A stretch of 63,008 nt of DNA, filler included, from Octopus bimaculoides (GCF_001194135.2; 5 parts of 5 records of this genome joined end to end with filler, not necessarily neighbours in it); one strand, 5' to 3'. Shown: positions 35,715 through 49,493, numbered from the whole stretch's first letter. Translations and numbers: made by a program. The notes: generated by a model not told the origin, from the letters alone.

Positions 35715-36384
35715 TATAACTAAATCTACATTATCTTTCAATGCGTCATTACTTTCTTCGTTTAACATACTATGGTGTGATTTATTGGAATTTTGGTTTC
35801 TATTTCTAGGACATGGAGGCTCTCTATTTGAGCTGCCCTCATCGGCGAAACACACTCGTTGAAACAGTCACCGAATCGAGGCAGGGTCGTTGAGAAACTC
35901 TCCACGATGAAGAATCAGACTCAACTACGAACCAGGCTCGTTATGACACTCTCACAGTGGCAACATGCTCTACTTTGATTATGAAGTCAGAAATACGATG
36001 TGTCAATAAATAGATAAATAAATACTAAGAAATAAAAGACAGAATTATTATGGATTAAATAATTTTGGTTATAAACCTGTTGCATCAATAAGTAACTGGG
36101 AACAATCAACAACAAAACAACACCAGCAAAATTAGAATATAAATGATATTATTAGGATTAACATAATTAATGTACTGAACATGAACACCGTCGAAAGAAA
36201 TGGTAAACCCGTGTATATATACTTCTTGTAAGAAGGACCATATTTAAAATCTGATCATTCTGTCTTTTCCGATATTTTCAAGATGTCATTTTTAATAATG
36301 TTGGTTATGATATATTTTACGGTTCCAGTTAGAACAGTAAAAATAACGTGCGGGATTCGTGGATTGTATGAAGTATGGAACTTC

Positions 36385-36830
36385 TTATTTCTTTATTGCC
36401 CACAAGGGGCTAAACATAGAGGGTACAAACAAGGACAGACAGAGGGATTAAATCGATTCCATCGACACCAGTGCATAACTGGTACTTGATTTATCGACCC
36501 CGAAAGGATGAAAGGCAAAGTCGACCTCGGCGGAATTTGAACTCAGAACGTAACGGCAGACGAAATACCGTCAAGCATTTCGCCCGGCGTACTAACGTTT
36601 CTGATTTATTTATTGCCCATAAGAGGCTAAACATAGAGGGGAGAAACAAAGACAGACAAAGGGATTAAGTCGATTGCATCGACCCCAGTGCGTAACTGGT
36701 ACTTAATTTATCGACCCCGAAAGGATAAAAGGCAAAGTCGACCTCGGTGGAATTTGAACTTATAACGTAACAGCAGACGAAATACCGCTAAGCATTTCGC
36801 CCGGCGTGCTAACGTTTCTGCCAGCTCGGT
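36385..36830 (-). mobile_element. Head-to-tail dimer of SINE family N
   Basis: Two units with GAGCTGGCAGAAACGTTAG head and GAGTTCAAATTCC B-box. Confidence 0.85.
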
Positions 36831-37064
36831 GCTATGTATGGGACTTCTATGAAGTAATAACAGTGAAACTAGATTAATGCATAGGAGCGAGGAAATAGAA
36901 ATAATTAAGGGATGTGAAAATACAGAGCAAACGATTAATTGGAACTATAATACAAAAAAATAGACTATATACCTGTTGTAATTTAGTTATCCATAGTCCG
37001 ATGATATTTCGGAATACAATTCCTTCTTCAGATATTCTTAGACGGAGTCGCTGCTGCACTGGAG

Positions 37065-37384
37065 CTGGCACTCTGCTAGTCCCGACGACGAGGTTTCCAG
37101 TTGATCCGGCCAACGGAACAGCTTGCTCGTGAAATTAACGTGCAAGTGACTAAGCACTCCACAGACACGTGTACCCTTAACGGAGATCACTGGGAAATTC
37201 AGCGTGACACAGAATATGACAAGGCTGGCCGTTTTGAAATACAGGTAGTATTAATGTTTGCCAGCTGAGAGGACTGGAGCAACGTGAGATAAAGTGTCTT
37301 GCTGAAGGACACAACGTATCACCGGGAATTGAACTCAAGACCTTACGGTCGTGAGCAGAATGCCCTAACCAAAAAGCCATCGCT
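37065..37384 (-). mobile_element. SINE family M variant
   Basis: Shares GCTCGTGAAATTAACGTGCAAGTG..CACTCCACAGACACGTGTACCCTTAAC with 1-323. Confidence 0.8.
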
Positions 37385-39093
37385 TTCACATATCTTCAAT
37401 ATATGGCGTAGTGTAAAGCTCTCTAGCATATCTGGACCTGCATTATGCTCCGATGTTTTCCAGCATTTGTTAAAGTGTTGGAGTATGATCTGGGAGACTA
37501 TGACAACAGTTTCTAGCAGGTCGAGCGACCATATGAAGCACTGCTGTTTCTAGACTCCCAATTATGACATCTGTCTTAGGTCGCCCCTTATGAAGTCATC
37601 ACATTTCAGAGATCTCCTTCACAGATAATTCCTCTAGACTCTCTGATTTGTTCTAGAACCAGACTTCTAGTTTTAAAAGCCAAACTTTTCCCGATGTGAT
37701 ATCTATCCAAGTTAGTCACCTCAACGACTCGTCTCACCCAACTTACAGCATTGTTTTGTCACCTTTGAATCTAACACTTGTTCTGTCATCACATCGAACC
37801 CCATCCATTATTTTGCTCTGTTCGGAAAGATTCGAACTTGAATGAACGATTGATGATTGTTGTTATTGTCATAGGAGAAAGTCACCCACCAGACGGCTTT
37901 TGTTCATAATACGATTCATCGAAGTAAGAGGCCATTCAGACACGGTGAGATTTCATCTTATTTTGTGTCTTCTCACTCAAAGCGACTTCACCGGATCAAT
38001 GAACCTAACATGGACAGCGGCTCTTGTTTATAGAAATCAGCAAACAAATTCTTTGCTAATTTGTGCTGATGTCTGTCAGCCTGATAATAATTCTTGAGTT
38101 ATTGTACAAGCAAGACAATAAGAATCCAAACAATAACATATCTTTTTTTTAATATGTTGTAGCAGATTCGAACTTATCAATTTTACCACTGTGGTTTTAC
38201 GTCATCGGATAACATCTCCCTTTAAACGATGTGTGTTCATAACACCCACGATTCTCCGATATAAAGGGTATTTGTGACATCATGGCGTCTTGACCTTATT
38301 GTATCTAACTTCAGTCAAAGCTATTTCTCAGGATCGATGAATCAGTAACCGTAAACAAGACTACCATATTCTAGAAAATTTATATAACTCCACCTTGAAA
38401 ATGCTGCGCCTCAAACAGTAACCTTCTGCATGTCAAAGCGTGCGCAGTGTGGTTAAACAAGGAGGTCGTTTAACTACTTGGCTATATATATGTCTGTTTA
38501 AACAGGGCTGAATTATTTACAAGCGACAGCAACGATCTCTCTAATTACTACAATAGTTAAGGAAATGAGACAGGAGAGTTTTCTACGTACGAAACTAATA
38601 TCTATAAGCAAGATCAAATGACCAAAATTTTTTCAACGTAGACAATAAAGGTTTGCGTGGATCCGTTGTTTAAAGCCAAATTGCGAGAACAACGGGCAAG
38701 TTTCGATCCTAGTACATATCAAGGAAGCATATTTTACAAAGTTATCAATCTATAAATGTGTGTCTGTCTGTCTCTCTGTCCTCTTGTCTGTCTATCTGTA
38801 TGTATGTATGTATGTATGTATGTATGTAGTACGTAGATAGACAATCAAAGGATAACAGTCGAAAGAAATTCATTTATACGAAAATTTGGTCATACATTTC
38901 TGTGATGTAATCAAGTCAAAAATTTATCTGCTGTTGTAACGAACAAAACTTTATTCATCATTAATGTATGTGTTGTCTAAATCCAAGTCACTGTTCACCT
39001 TAATGCGCTTAAGTCAATGCTCTCAGATAATTTTTGCTTTAATCATACGATTAGTTTAGGTCAAACTATAACTACACAACCATAAGTCTTATG

Positions 39094-39310
39094 TGTGCTG
39101 GATTGATGGTATGATGTGTCGGATTGATGGTAGGATGTGCTGGATTGATGGTACAATGTGCTGGATTGATGGTACGTTGTGCTGGATTGATGGTACGTTG
39201 TGCTGGATTGATGGTACGATGTGCTGGATTGATGGTACGATGTGCTGGATTGATGGTAGGATGTACTGGATTGATGGTACGATGTGCTGGATTGATGGTA
39301 CGATGTGCTA
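39094..39310. repeat. 21-bp minisatellite (TGTGCTGGATTGATGGTACGA, about 10 copies)
   Basis: Direct reading. Confidence 0.92.
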
Positions 39311-39524
39311 GACTGATTTTAGGACATGCTTGACTGATTTTAGGATATGCTCTATTGGTAGCACAGATGATTTTATCTACTGAGGCAGAAACATGTGTCC
39401 GCACACAGCTTCTTAAGATAAAGAGAAAACAATCCGTCTCTTTCTTAAAGGCATGTCAGGCGCTTGAGAATGTCTCTGTTTTTCTTTTAGATTCGCTCCA
39501 AATTAACACCAGGCATTTCTTTAA

Positions 39525-39850
39525 CATAAGAAAATGCATGGCTGAGTGTTTGGGGAATTCGATTCACGGTCTGACGATCGTGGCTTCGATTCCCAATGGT
39601 GTGATGTATCCTTGAGCAAGACACTTTATTTCACGTTCCAGTCCACACAGCTGGCAAAAATGAGTAGTACCTGTAATTAAAAAGGGTCAGCCTTGTCACA
39701 CGTTGTGTCACACTCAATTTCTTTCAGAAATTAGTTAAGTGTACGTATGACTGTGGAGTACTCAGCCATCTACACGTTAATTTCACGAGCGGGATGCTCT
39801 GTTGATTGGATCAACTTGAACCTTTGTCGACTTAACCCATGGTCTGCCAG
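39525..39850 (+). mobile_element. Degraded SINE family M
   Basis: GCTTCGATTCCC B-box and GGGTCAGCCTTGTCACAC...CACGTTAATTTCACGAGC core. Confidence 0.7.
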
Positions 39851-40171
39851 TTTTTCAAAACACAAGTAAAATAATCAGAATTATCTAGTATGACATGAAT
39901 TCGGTTGATGCATAATTATTGCGGCTTTTTTCCAACAAATTTTATTCAACAACAACAATAATATTAAAAAAAAACATCTTTGAATGACGGTCTAACCGTC
40001 TGCCAGGCAAATGGGAAGCACTAATTGAAGTAGATGGTGAATATGCTCCGGAATAATCCTTTAAAGATGTTTTTGTTACATGTTGTTATTGTTTTTTGTT
40101 GAAAAAAAGTTGCAATAATTAATCACAAATATCATTAATCATCTATATCGTTCGAATTTATGCCACTAAAC

Positions 40172-40498
40172 CATGGGTTCTCAATCGTTATCCCTTGGAA
40201 CCCATATTAGATTTTGATAGGGGCTACGGATGCAGTATAGTAAGTTGTAGATCCATGATTATTTTGCAGAGACCATGAAAAACTCTGATTCAGACCAGTA
40301 AAGTTTATGGACAATAAATTTGTCACACTTCTACAACACACAAAATATTGAAACAACTTTTTATAAAAGTCCTAATATTTAATTATGAAAATAAAATAGG
40401 ATTTTTAAAGCATCGAATGGCTATAGGGGTGGAGGAACACCCGAGTAAAATAGGAATTAAAGGGGTCTACGGGTGAAAAAAGTGGTTGTGAACCCCTG
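40172..40498. mobile_element. Old hAT (Charlie-like) MITE
   Basis: Ends CATGGGTTCTCAA / TTGTGAACCCCTG; imperfect 8-bp TSD CACTAAAC / CACGAGAC. Confidence 0.6.
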
Positions 40499-41376
40499 CA
40501 CGAGACAAGCCCGGGGTTTTTCTGATTCGCGGACCCTGAAGTTATTAATGGTTTGGGATTTACCTATAATTAGCAAATACTTGATGGAAGAAATAAAATT
40601 AAGTGTGTAATGAGGAGGAAGGAGACAAAAGTGTGAGGTAGAAATAAAAAGAGGGAGAGAAGAGAGAGGGAAACGGTGAGAGAGGAAGAGAGAGGGAGAG
40701 AGAGGAGAGAGAGATTTAGAGTGAGAGATGAAACGAGCGTTATAATACGCAACAATCTCAAATCAGCCGAGATGCTACGTTAACTAGAATATAATAGATG
40801 TATTCTGTATGTATAAGAATGAACAGAGGCACGCATACACACGCATGCGTAATATATATATCACACGTATGGTAAAATGTATGAAATATCGCCGCTGAAT
40901 TCCTAGCAGTGAATACTTCTATCATTGTGGATTTCTTCAATCGTAGGACATAGTGTGTGTCTCCCTATCAGGATTCGACCGATTTGTGCGTGTGGTGGTG
41001 TACGTGTGTGTGTGTGTGTTAGACGGCATACGCTTGTGTTTATGTAATCGCGCGCGCGTGTGTGTGTGTGTGTGTATGTGTGTGTGTGTGTGTGTGTTGG
41101 TTTTCTGGCTTTTGAGTACGCAGCAAAAAATATAAAGTGATTTATACTTGGTTATGCAAATGAGTATTTAGGATGTTCTGCGCATGTGTGAGAGTGTGTG
41201 CGTACGTGCATGTATGCATGTCTCTATAGGTATATGCATTGAATCACGCATGCAAGCACAAACCGACACACAAAAGCATGCACACACACACACACACACA
41301 CACACNNNNNNNNNNNNNNNNNNNNNNNNNNNNNNNNNNNNNNNNNNNNNNNNNNNNNNNNNNNNNNNNNNNNNNN

Positions 41377-41439
<63 letters not shown>

Positions 41440-43697
41440 ATTTATGTATATGTATGTATATATATATTTATATATAAGCAAGCATAACCCCCCCACACAC
41501 ACACATATACATATACATATATATATACATGTATGTATATATGTATACGTGTATATACATATATATATACATATATATGTATGTATACGTATGTATATAT
41601 ATATATAATAATATAAATATATATATATAATATATATATATAATATAATAATAATATATATATACATATATATATACATACATACATTTTTATATATGAC
41701 TGTGTGTGTACATACACACATATATATCAGTGTTAGTGTATGAAGATATATAAACTATGGCCCTATATCTTCTCTATCAACAATTACAATAATAAGACAA
41801 AAACAGCAACAACAACATTAACAACTGAAACGAGAACAAGGAAAAGCAACAAGGAAAACCATCAGCATCGGTTGTAGCTTGTTAAACTGGCATATCTCTT
41901 TTCTTATCAAGGCATTACAATATGGTGAGAATGAAGAGAAAATATTTCGATCCATTGTTAGTTCCATTCATTAATCAATGCATTGCACAATATTTTAGAG
42001 ATACTGCTGGTGGAGGCGAGGGAGTTGGAATGTACGCTATTGAATGTGTTTACACACATCATGTACTTCCATAAAGATATAGCCAATGAAATGCACGTGT
42101 ACACATACATTTGCACACGCGCGCACAGACCCATGCACAGAAATAAATATGTACAAATATATAGATATATACGTACATATATATATATATAATATTATAT
42201 ATATNNNNNNNNNNNNNNNNNNNNNNNNNNNNNNNNNNNNNNNNNNNNNNNNNNNNNNNNNNNNNNNNNNNNNNNNNNNNNNNNNNNNNNNNNNNNNNNN
42301 NNNNNNNNNNNNNNNNNNNNNNNNNNNNNNNNNNNNNNNNNNNNNNNNNNNNNNNNNNNNNNNNNNNNNNNNNNNNNNNNNNNNNNNNNNNNNNNNNNNN
42401 NNNNNNNNNNNNNNNNNNNNNNNNNNNNNNNNNNNNNNNNNNNNNNNNNNNNNNNNNNNNNNNNNNNNNNNNNNNNNNNNNNNNNNNNNNNNNNNNNNNN
42501 NNNNNNNNNNNNNNNNNNNNNNNNNNNNNNNNNNNNNNNNNNNNNNNNNNNNNNNNNNNNNNNNNNNNNNNNNNNNNNNNNNNNNNNNNNNNNNNNNNNN
42601 NNNNNNNNNNNNNNNNNNNNNNNNNNNNNNNNNNNNNNNNNNNNNNNNNNNNNNNNNNNNNNNNNNNNNNNNNNNNNNNNNNNNNNNNNNNNNNNNNNNN
42701 NNNNNNNNNNNNNNNNNNNNNNNNNNNNNNNNNNNNNNNNNNNNNNNNNNNNNNNNNNNNNNNNNNNNNNNNNNNNNNNNNNNNNNNNNNNNNNNNNNNN
42801 NNNNNNNNNNNNNNNNNNNNNNNNNNNNNNNNNNNNNNNNNNNNNNNNNNNNNNNNNNNNNNNNNNNNNNNNNNNNNNNNNNNNNNNNNNNNNNNNNNNN
42901 NNNNNNNNNNNNNNNNNNNNNNNNNNNNNNNNNNNNNNNNNNNNNNNNNNNNNNNNNNNNNNNNNNNNNNNNNNNNNNNNNNNNNNNNNNNNNNNNNNNN
43001 NNNNNNNNNNNNNNNNNNNNNNNNNNNNNNNNNNNNNNNNNNNNNNNNNNNNNNNNNNNNNNNNNNNNNNNNNNNNNNNNNNNNNNNNNNNNNNNNNNNN
43101 NNNNNNNNNNNNNNNNNNNNNNNNNNNNNNNNNNNNNNNNNNNNNNNNNNNNNNNNNNNNNNNNNNNNNNNNNNNNNNNNNNNNNNNCTCTCTTGAGCAC
43201 TTTTATTCTTTCTAATCTTTATCTCTATCCTTGCTTTCCATTTCTATAATTATATCGCTATCAAACTCTTGTTGTATATCTTCTATTCTAACTATCATTT
43301 CAATATCCTTCCCATCCATCAACAAGCACTCAGTCTAGCTATCTATCTATTTATCTCCCGAATGTTCCATCGATTTAACTAATTCTATATCACTCATTAT
43401 TGCAGATACTCCATTCGCTTAACACTCTATGCATCGCCATTCGGATCAACGACGTGATAGTTAAATCGGTTAAAAATAGCAACTAACGCTTCAGATCGCA
43501 CCCAAACGTCATCTATACAGAAAAGTATCTTTGAATAATATCGCCATATATATATTTCTCAAACGTAAGGATGGGCACGGATGGGCTGTGATTAGAAGTC
43601 AAACGATAATAGCTTTAACACTACAAATATCTAGTTATCTCTCTATTTTCTCTCTGTCACTCTGTCTGTCTCTCTCTTTATCTATCTATTTCTCTCG

Positions 43698-43750
<53 letters not shown>

Positions 43751-44001
43751 ACATGTAGCTATCTAGTGAGATACCAAGTTTGCCACCTACCTATATATTT
43801 ATTTATGCATATATTTGTTTCTATGTATGTATGTGTGTATGTATATGTATGTGTGTAGGTATGCATGCATGTACCTATTTACCGCTCTGTCTATATGTCT
43901 ATCAATCTATCTATTTATCTATCTGCCTATCTATGGAGAAAGAGAAAGTTCAAAACTGAGCTACATTATCTTTTCCTTTTCTCTATATATACGTCTGTAT
44001 G

Positions 44002-44048
<47 letters not shown>

Positions 44049-44134
44049 GTATGTACGTATGTATATGTATATGTATAGATATACATATATATNNNNNNNN
44101 NNNNNNNNNNNNNNNNNNNNNNNNNNNNNNNNNN

Positions 44135-44160
<26 letters not shown>

Positions 44161-44183
<23 letters not shown>

Positions 44184-44330
44184 GAGAATTTACGAAAAAA
44201 ACAACAGACGAAGACAGGCAGTGTAAACAACAAAAGGATGTATTAGTTTAACGCTCGGGAATAGAGAAAGTCTTGACGTTTCGAGCCTACGCTCTTCAAC
44301 TGAAAGTAACACAGAAAGAAATAAGGAGAG
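44161..44330 (-). mobile_element. Penelope-like terminal repeat fragment with degenerate hammerhead-like motif (44272-44306), abutting (TA)n
   Basis: Near-identical to 13581-13730; core reads CAGTTGA. Confidence 0.6.
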
Positions 44331-44518
44331 AAACAAGGAGAAAATGATATAAATGTATTGACTTCCGAGGCTGTTGTACTGAAAATTGGAAGTTATCCAT
44401 AAATGGAGGACGTGGCTGGAATGTATATTGGAGCAGGAATTCCATTAAAAAATTTTCGATGATGATCCGATCCGCAAAAATGTATCCCTAATGGGTATCT
44501 AGGATTATATTAGAAAAT

Positions 44519-44900
44519 GTACAAGATTCATTCCAGAAGTTTTGAGACTCTTTCAGAAGTGACATTTACAAGTGCAAAACTCTGATCTCCATCAAAATAG
44601 CATCCTCTGACTTGAGTTCATTTGTTGTAGCGCTTCAGACTCTTCAGGAAAGCCGTATGAAAGTACTCCACAGTGAAACTGTCCAAGATCCTAGGTACAC
44701 CATCTTTAATCTCAATGCCTTGTCTTCAAAAAATTGACCCTGAGGCTTTTCTTCAGCTTGGAGAAAAAACCCCAGTAAACTCAGGGAGTAAGGCCTAGAC
44801 TGTCCTGAGGGGGTGGGGCTATTCTTATTCTCGTCACTGAACACACTAGGGACAGACTTTGCTCAGATTTTTTCAAATCTTCAGATCTCCATGAATAAAT
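44519..44900 (-). mobile_element. Mariner transposase 3' fragment
   Basis: Minus translation resembles PYSPDLAP..F.KLK..L.G..F.D and GxYFxGD; TIR-like end TACAAGATTCATTCCAGAAGTT. Confidence 0.55.
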
Positions 44901-44951
44901 CTCTGTGAGGTTTCCACACCAAATGCAAACTATATACTTCTTGTTTATATA

Positions 44952-45453
44952 GTCGCAGGAGTGGCTGTGTGGTAAGTAGCTTGCTTACCAACCACATGGT
45001 TCCGGGTTCAATCCCACTGCCTGGCACCTTGAGCAAGTATCTTCTACTATAGCCTCTGGCCGACCAAAGCCTTGTGATTGGATTTGGTAGACAGAAAACT
45101 GAAAGAAGCCCGTCGTATATATGTGTGTATATATATATATATATATNNNNNNNNNNNNNNNNNNNNNNNNNNNNNNNNNNNNNNNNNNNNNNNNNNNNNN
45201 NNNNNNNNNNNNNNNNNNNNNNNNNNNNNNNNNNNNNNNNNNNNNNNNNNNNNNNNNNNNNNNNNCCCCCCCCCCAACATCGCTTGACAACCGATGCTAG
45301 TGTATTTACGTTCCCGTAACTTAGCAGTTCGGCAAACGAGACCGATAGAAGTACTAGGCTTCCAAAGAATAAGTCCTGGAGTCGATTTTCTCGACTAAAG
45401 GCGGTGCTCCAGCATGGCTGCAGTCAAATGACTGAAACAAGAGTAAAAGAGTA
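44952..45453 (+). mobile_element. Full-length SINE family V with internal microsatellite (gap inside)
   Basis: A-box TGGCTGTGTGG, B-box GGTTCAATCCC, core GCCTTGTGA(G/T)TGGATTTGGTAGAC, then (TA)n, then conserved 3' half. Confidence 0.88.
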
Positions 45454-45818
45454 TAGACACACAACGGTCTATAATAAAAAAAAAAAAAGGAATTTCCTCT
45501 TCCATCGTTGGTGTTCTAAAGTCCCCAACCCCTTATGCTTATCATCGTTTCTCACTTCGTTTCTATTATTTTTGAACCTGTTGTGCCAGCGAAAGATTTA
45601 GTCCATAGTTAATTTGGAGTATTTCACACGTTTCTGTTGCGTTTTTGTACAATTTAACAGAAAGATCTACTCCATAGCAAACTTCTAAATGTCCCAACTG
45701 CTTTCTTCAAGCTAGTCAGCTGTGAGAAGCCATGTTTGATACAGCCGTCTCCTTTAATATAGAATAACAAATATCGGCAGGTCAGCTTATTAGACGGAAC
45801 CTAATAATATTTGGTTGT

Positions 45819-46196
45819 TGGCACTCCGTTGCTTACGACGTCGAGAGTTCCAGTTGATCCGATCAACGGAACAGCCTGTTTGTTAAATTACCGTGCAAGT
45901 GGCTGAGCACTCCACAGACACGTGTACCCTTAACGTAGTTCTCGGGTAAATTCAGCGTGACACAGTGTGACAAGGCTGACCCTTTGAATTACAGGCACAA
46001 CAGAAACAGGCAGTAAGAGTGACAGAAAGTTGTGGTGAAAGAGTACAGCAGGGTTCGCCACTATCTCCTGCCGGAGACGCGTGAAGCTTTTAGGTGTTTT
46101 CGCTGAATAAATACTCACAACGCCCGGTCTGGGAATCGAAACCGCGATCCTACGACTGCGAGTCCGCTGCCCTAACCACTGGGCCATTGCGCCTCC
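45819..46196 (-). mobile_element. Full-length SINE family M
   Basis: tRNA-like head GGAGGCGCAATGGCCCAGTGG...GGTTTCGATTCCC; near-identical to 1-323. Confidence 0.88.
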
Positions 46197-46718
46197 ACCC
46201 TAATAATATACTAAAATTACAATATGATCTAGGACAGTTATAATTGCTTCTCCTAAAGTTTTAGATCTCTTGAAATGTACTTCATATCATCCTTCTTTTA
46301 AACTTGATTCAGGATTAGTTAATTGAAATTTGGCTGTCATTTCTAGCCGTTCGAGACAGAGACTTAATCTTCGGTTTAATGAGAGATAAAATTTTTCTGC
46401 CATGTACTCAGAATATCTTTGATGAATACGTATACAACTTTGAACCTTCAGTTCAAGATGCCACAAAGTGGGTTAACAGGAAGGCCGTACATATCTGCAT
46501 ATAGCCACAAAACTTACATAAGCTCACTCACTTACATGTATACTGCATGAGTCATCTACATATCTACGCATAAAGAAATTAAAGATGATCTTTAAGATAT
46601 TGATATATAAATAAAGTGTATTTATCACATCAGAACACGAGGATACACTCTTTCTGGCTTATTTATTCTCCCCTACCTATCTCTCTCTCCCTCTCACTCA
46701 TTCACTCTATCAATCTAT

Positions 46719-46754
<36 letters not shown>

Positions 46755-46949
46755 AAATCTATCTATCTACTTATTTGTCTCTTTTCTCGCCATTTCTATG
46801 TATCCATCTATCAACTCAATCTTGTTTCTCCTCGACGTATCTCGTAATAAAAAAAACATGCGTGTTTTAGCGGGTCTTTTTGGGCTTACGCATGTACGTA
46901 TTTATGTATGTATATATGTATCTGCATGGATACATACACATATATATGA

Positions 46950-46992
<43 letters not shown>

Positions 46993-47009
46993 GCGTGTGT
47001 TCGTCGCTT

Positions 47010-47440
47010 TGACCATGACAGAAAAGGTTGAGCAGAGAATCTGCTTCAAATTTTTCAGAAAGCTTGACGTTACCTTCTCAGAGGCCTACGCAAAGTTTTC
47101 AAAAAGTATTTAATCGTTATCCACAAAATCAAGGAGCCTTTGTGCAACTGAAACCCCATTGTCTTTTTTGGTCACCTGAAAGCCGTTTTGGCACAAACTT
47201 GGCAGACGCACGTCTCTCACCCAAATCTTCACTGATAATGGACTGGAATGTATCTAATCTGCACATCCTCTGATAACTCACGAATGGTGATTCAATGATT
47301 TCTCCATAGCGCTTCACACACATCTGCGATGTTTTTCTCAGTTCTGTTAGTTGCGGGTTTCGCAGAACGTTTGTCAATATCGACAATTTTTCGGCCATCT
47401 TGCAAACGTCTCAACCATTCGTACACTCCTCTTCATACAC
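47010..47440. mobile_element. Mariner transposase N-terminal fragment with internal inversion
   Basis: Plus strand MTEKVEQRICFKFF (47010-47110); minus strand VYEWLRRLQDGR..TIRELSEDV..ISEDLGERRASAKFVPKRL (47440-47130). Confidence 0.72.
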
Positions 47441-47639
47441 CTTATTTCACGTTGCTCCAGTTAACTCAGCTGTAGAAATGAGTTGCGACATCACTGGTGC
47501 TAAGCTCTATCGACCTTTGCTTTTCGCTTGGATAACATCAGTGGTGTGGAGAGGGCAGGTTGGTATGAATGGACGACTGCTTGCCTTCCACAAACAACTT
47601 TACTCGGACTTATCAGTATGTTTCCTTTTTTTTTTTTTA

Positions 47640-47782
47640 CTTTTTTACTTATTTCAGTCATTTGACTGCGGCCATGCTGGAGCACTGCCTTTAGTCGAGC
47701 TATCGGTCTCTTTTGCCGATCCGCTAAGTTACGGGGATATATACACATCAGCATCGGTTGTCGAGCAATGCTAGGGGGACAA

Positions 47783-47844
<62 letters not shown>

Positions 47845-47982
47845 GATGGGCTTCTTTCAGTTTCCGTCTACCAAATCCACTCACAAGGCTTCGGTCGGCC
47901 CGAGGCTATAGTACAAGACATTTGCTGAAGATGCCACGCAGTGGGACTGAACCCAGAACCATGAGGTTGGTAAGCAAGCTAC
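47640..47982 (-). mobile_element. SINE family V
   Basis: Reverse complement of 44952-45453 with (CA)n/(TA)n in the same slot. Confidence 0.85.
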
Positions 47983-48134
47983 CTATGTTGCGAGTTTCTG
48001 CGACCGATAAGTAAACATATTTTTGTAGATTTTAAATAATTATGAGATAAAAATAAGCATTTTCGCGCCTAAAACTTAATTAAAATACAGTACAGTACTG
48101 CACTATATAATACGTTAATTACAATACATTATTC

Positions 48135-48525
48135 TCTACTCTAGGCACAAGGCCCGAAATTATGGAGGAGGGGGCTAGTCGATTAAATCGACCCCAGTAT
48201 GCAACTGGTACTTAATTTATCGATCCCGAAAGGATGAAAGACCCCAGGACTTATTCTTTGTCAGCCTTGTATTTACTCTATCGGTCTCTTTGCTGAACCG
48301 CTAGGCTACGAGGACGTAAAGCCACCAGCATCGGTTGTCAAGCGATGGTGGAGGGACAAACACAGACAGACAAACACATATATAATACATATATATGTAT
48401 ATATACGACGAGCTTCTTTCAGTTTCTGTGTACCAAATCCACTCACAAGGCTTTGGTCGGCCCGAGGCTATAATAGAGGACACTTGCCCAAAGTGCCACG
48501 CAGTGGGAATGAACCTGGAACCATG
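48135..48525 (-). mobile_element. SINE family N fragment fused to SINE family V
   Basis: Motif matches to both families. Confidence 0.8.
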
Positions 48526-48600
48526 TAGATCGAGAGCAAGAGAGAGAGAGAGAGAGAGAGGGACAGAGAGACAGTGCGAGCAAGAGAGGGAGAGAGAGCA

Positions 48601-48641
<41 letters not shown>

Positions 48642-49094
48642 GAGAGCAAGAGAGAGAACGAGAGAGAGAGAGAGAGAGACCTATTGGTATTTATACACAA
48701 TTACAGACACACGTACACGCCCCTACGCATGCATGCAGGCGCGTAACTTTCGCGCACGACTGTTACGGTTGGCGGCGTTTTTCATCGAACACACTTACAC
48801 AGAAATTGCTTGTGTTGTTCCCCTGCACGTTTACATAAACACACATTCACCTCCTCTGTGCGCGTGTGTGTATGTGTACCTGCGTGTCCATGTATGCGCG
48901 TGTGCATGTGTAGTGAGGTATTCTCTACACCCACGTATACGTATAGATACAGAGTAACACACACACGCATATACATAGCGACAGATACATTAACTAACGA
49001 ACTTACATCAGAAGATACTTGCTCAAGGTATCATGCACTGGGATTGAACCTGACACCACGTGATTGTATTTATACATATATAAACGTTACGAAC

Positions 49095-49462
49095 AAATTT
49101 AATGAAATATTCTATTCTATTCTAGGCACAAGGATCGACATTTTGGGGGAGGGGACCAGTCGACTAGATCCACCCCAGTGCGTAAGGAGTACTTAATTTA
49201 TTGAGCCCTAAAGGATGAAAGTTAAAGTCGACCTTGGCGGAATTCGAACTCAGAACGTAACGGCAGACGAAATACCGCTAAGCATTTCGCCCGGCGTGCT
49301 AAAGTTTCTTATTTCTTTATTGCCCACAAGGGGCTAAACATAGAAGGGACAAACAAGGACAAGCAAAGGGATTAAGTCGATTACATCGGTTGTGAAGCGA
49401 TGGTTGCGGAGGGGACAGACACAGATACACAAATACACACACAAACACACACACACACATAA

Positions 49463-49493
<31 letters not shown>

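Noticed and set aside
39072-39404. ORFs with MCWIDGT or INPAHRT heptads, or a CRISPR-like array
   Set aside because: Contiguous 21-bp units without spacers; open in several frames and on both strands; no convincing splice context.
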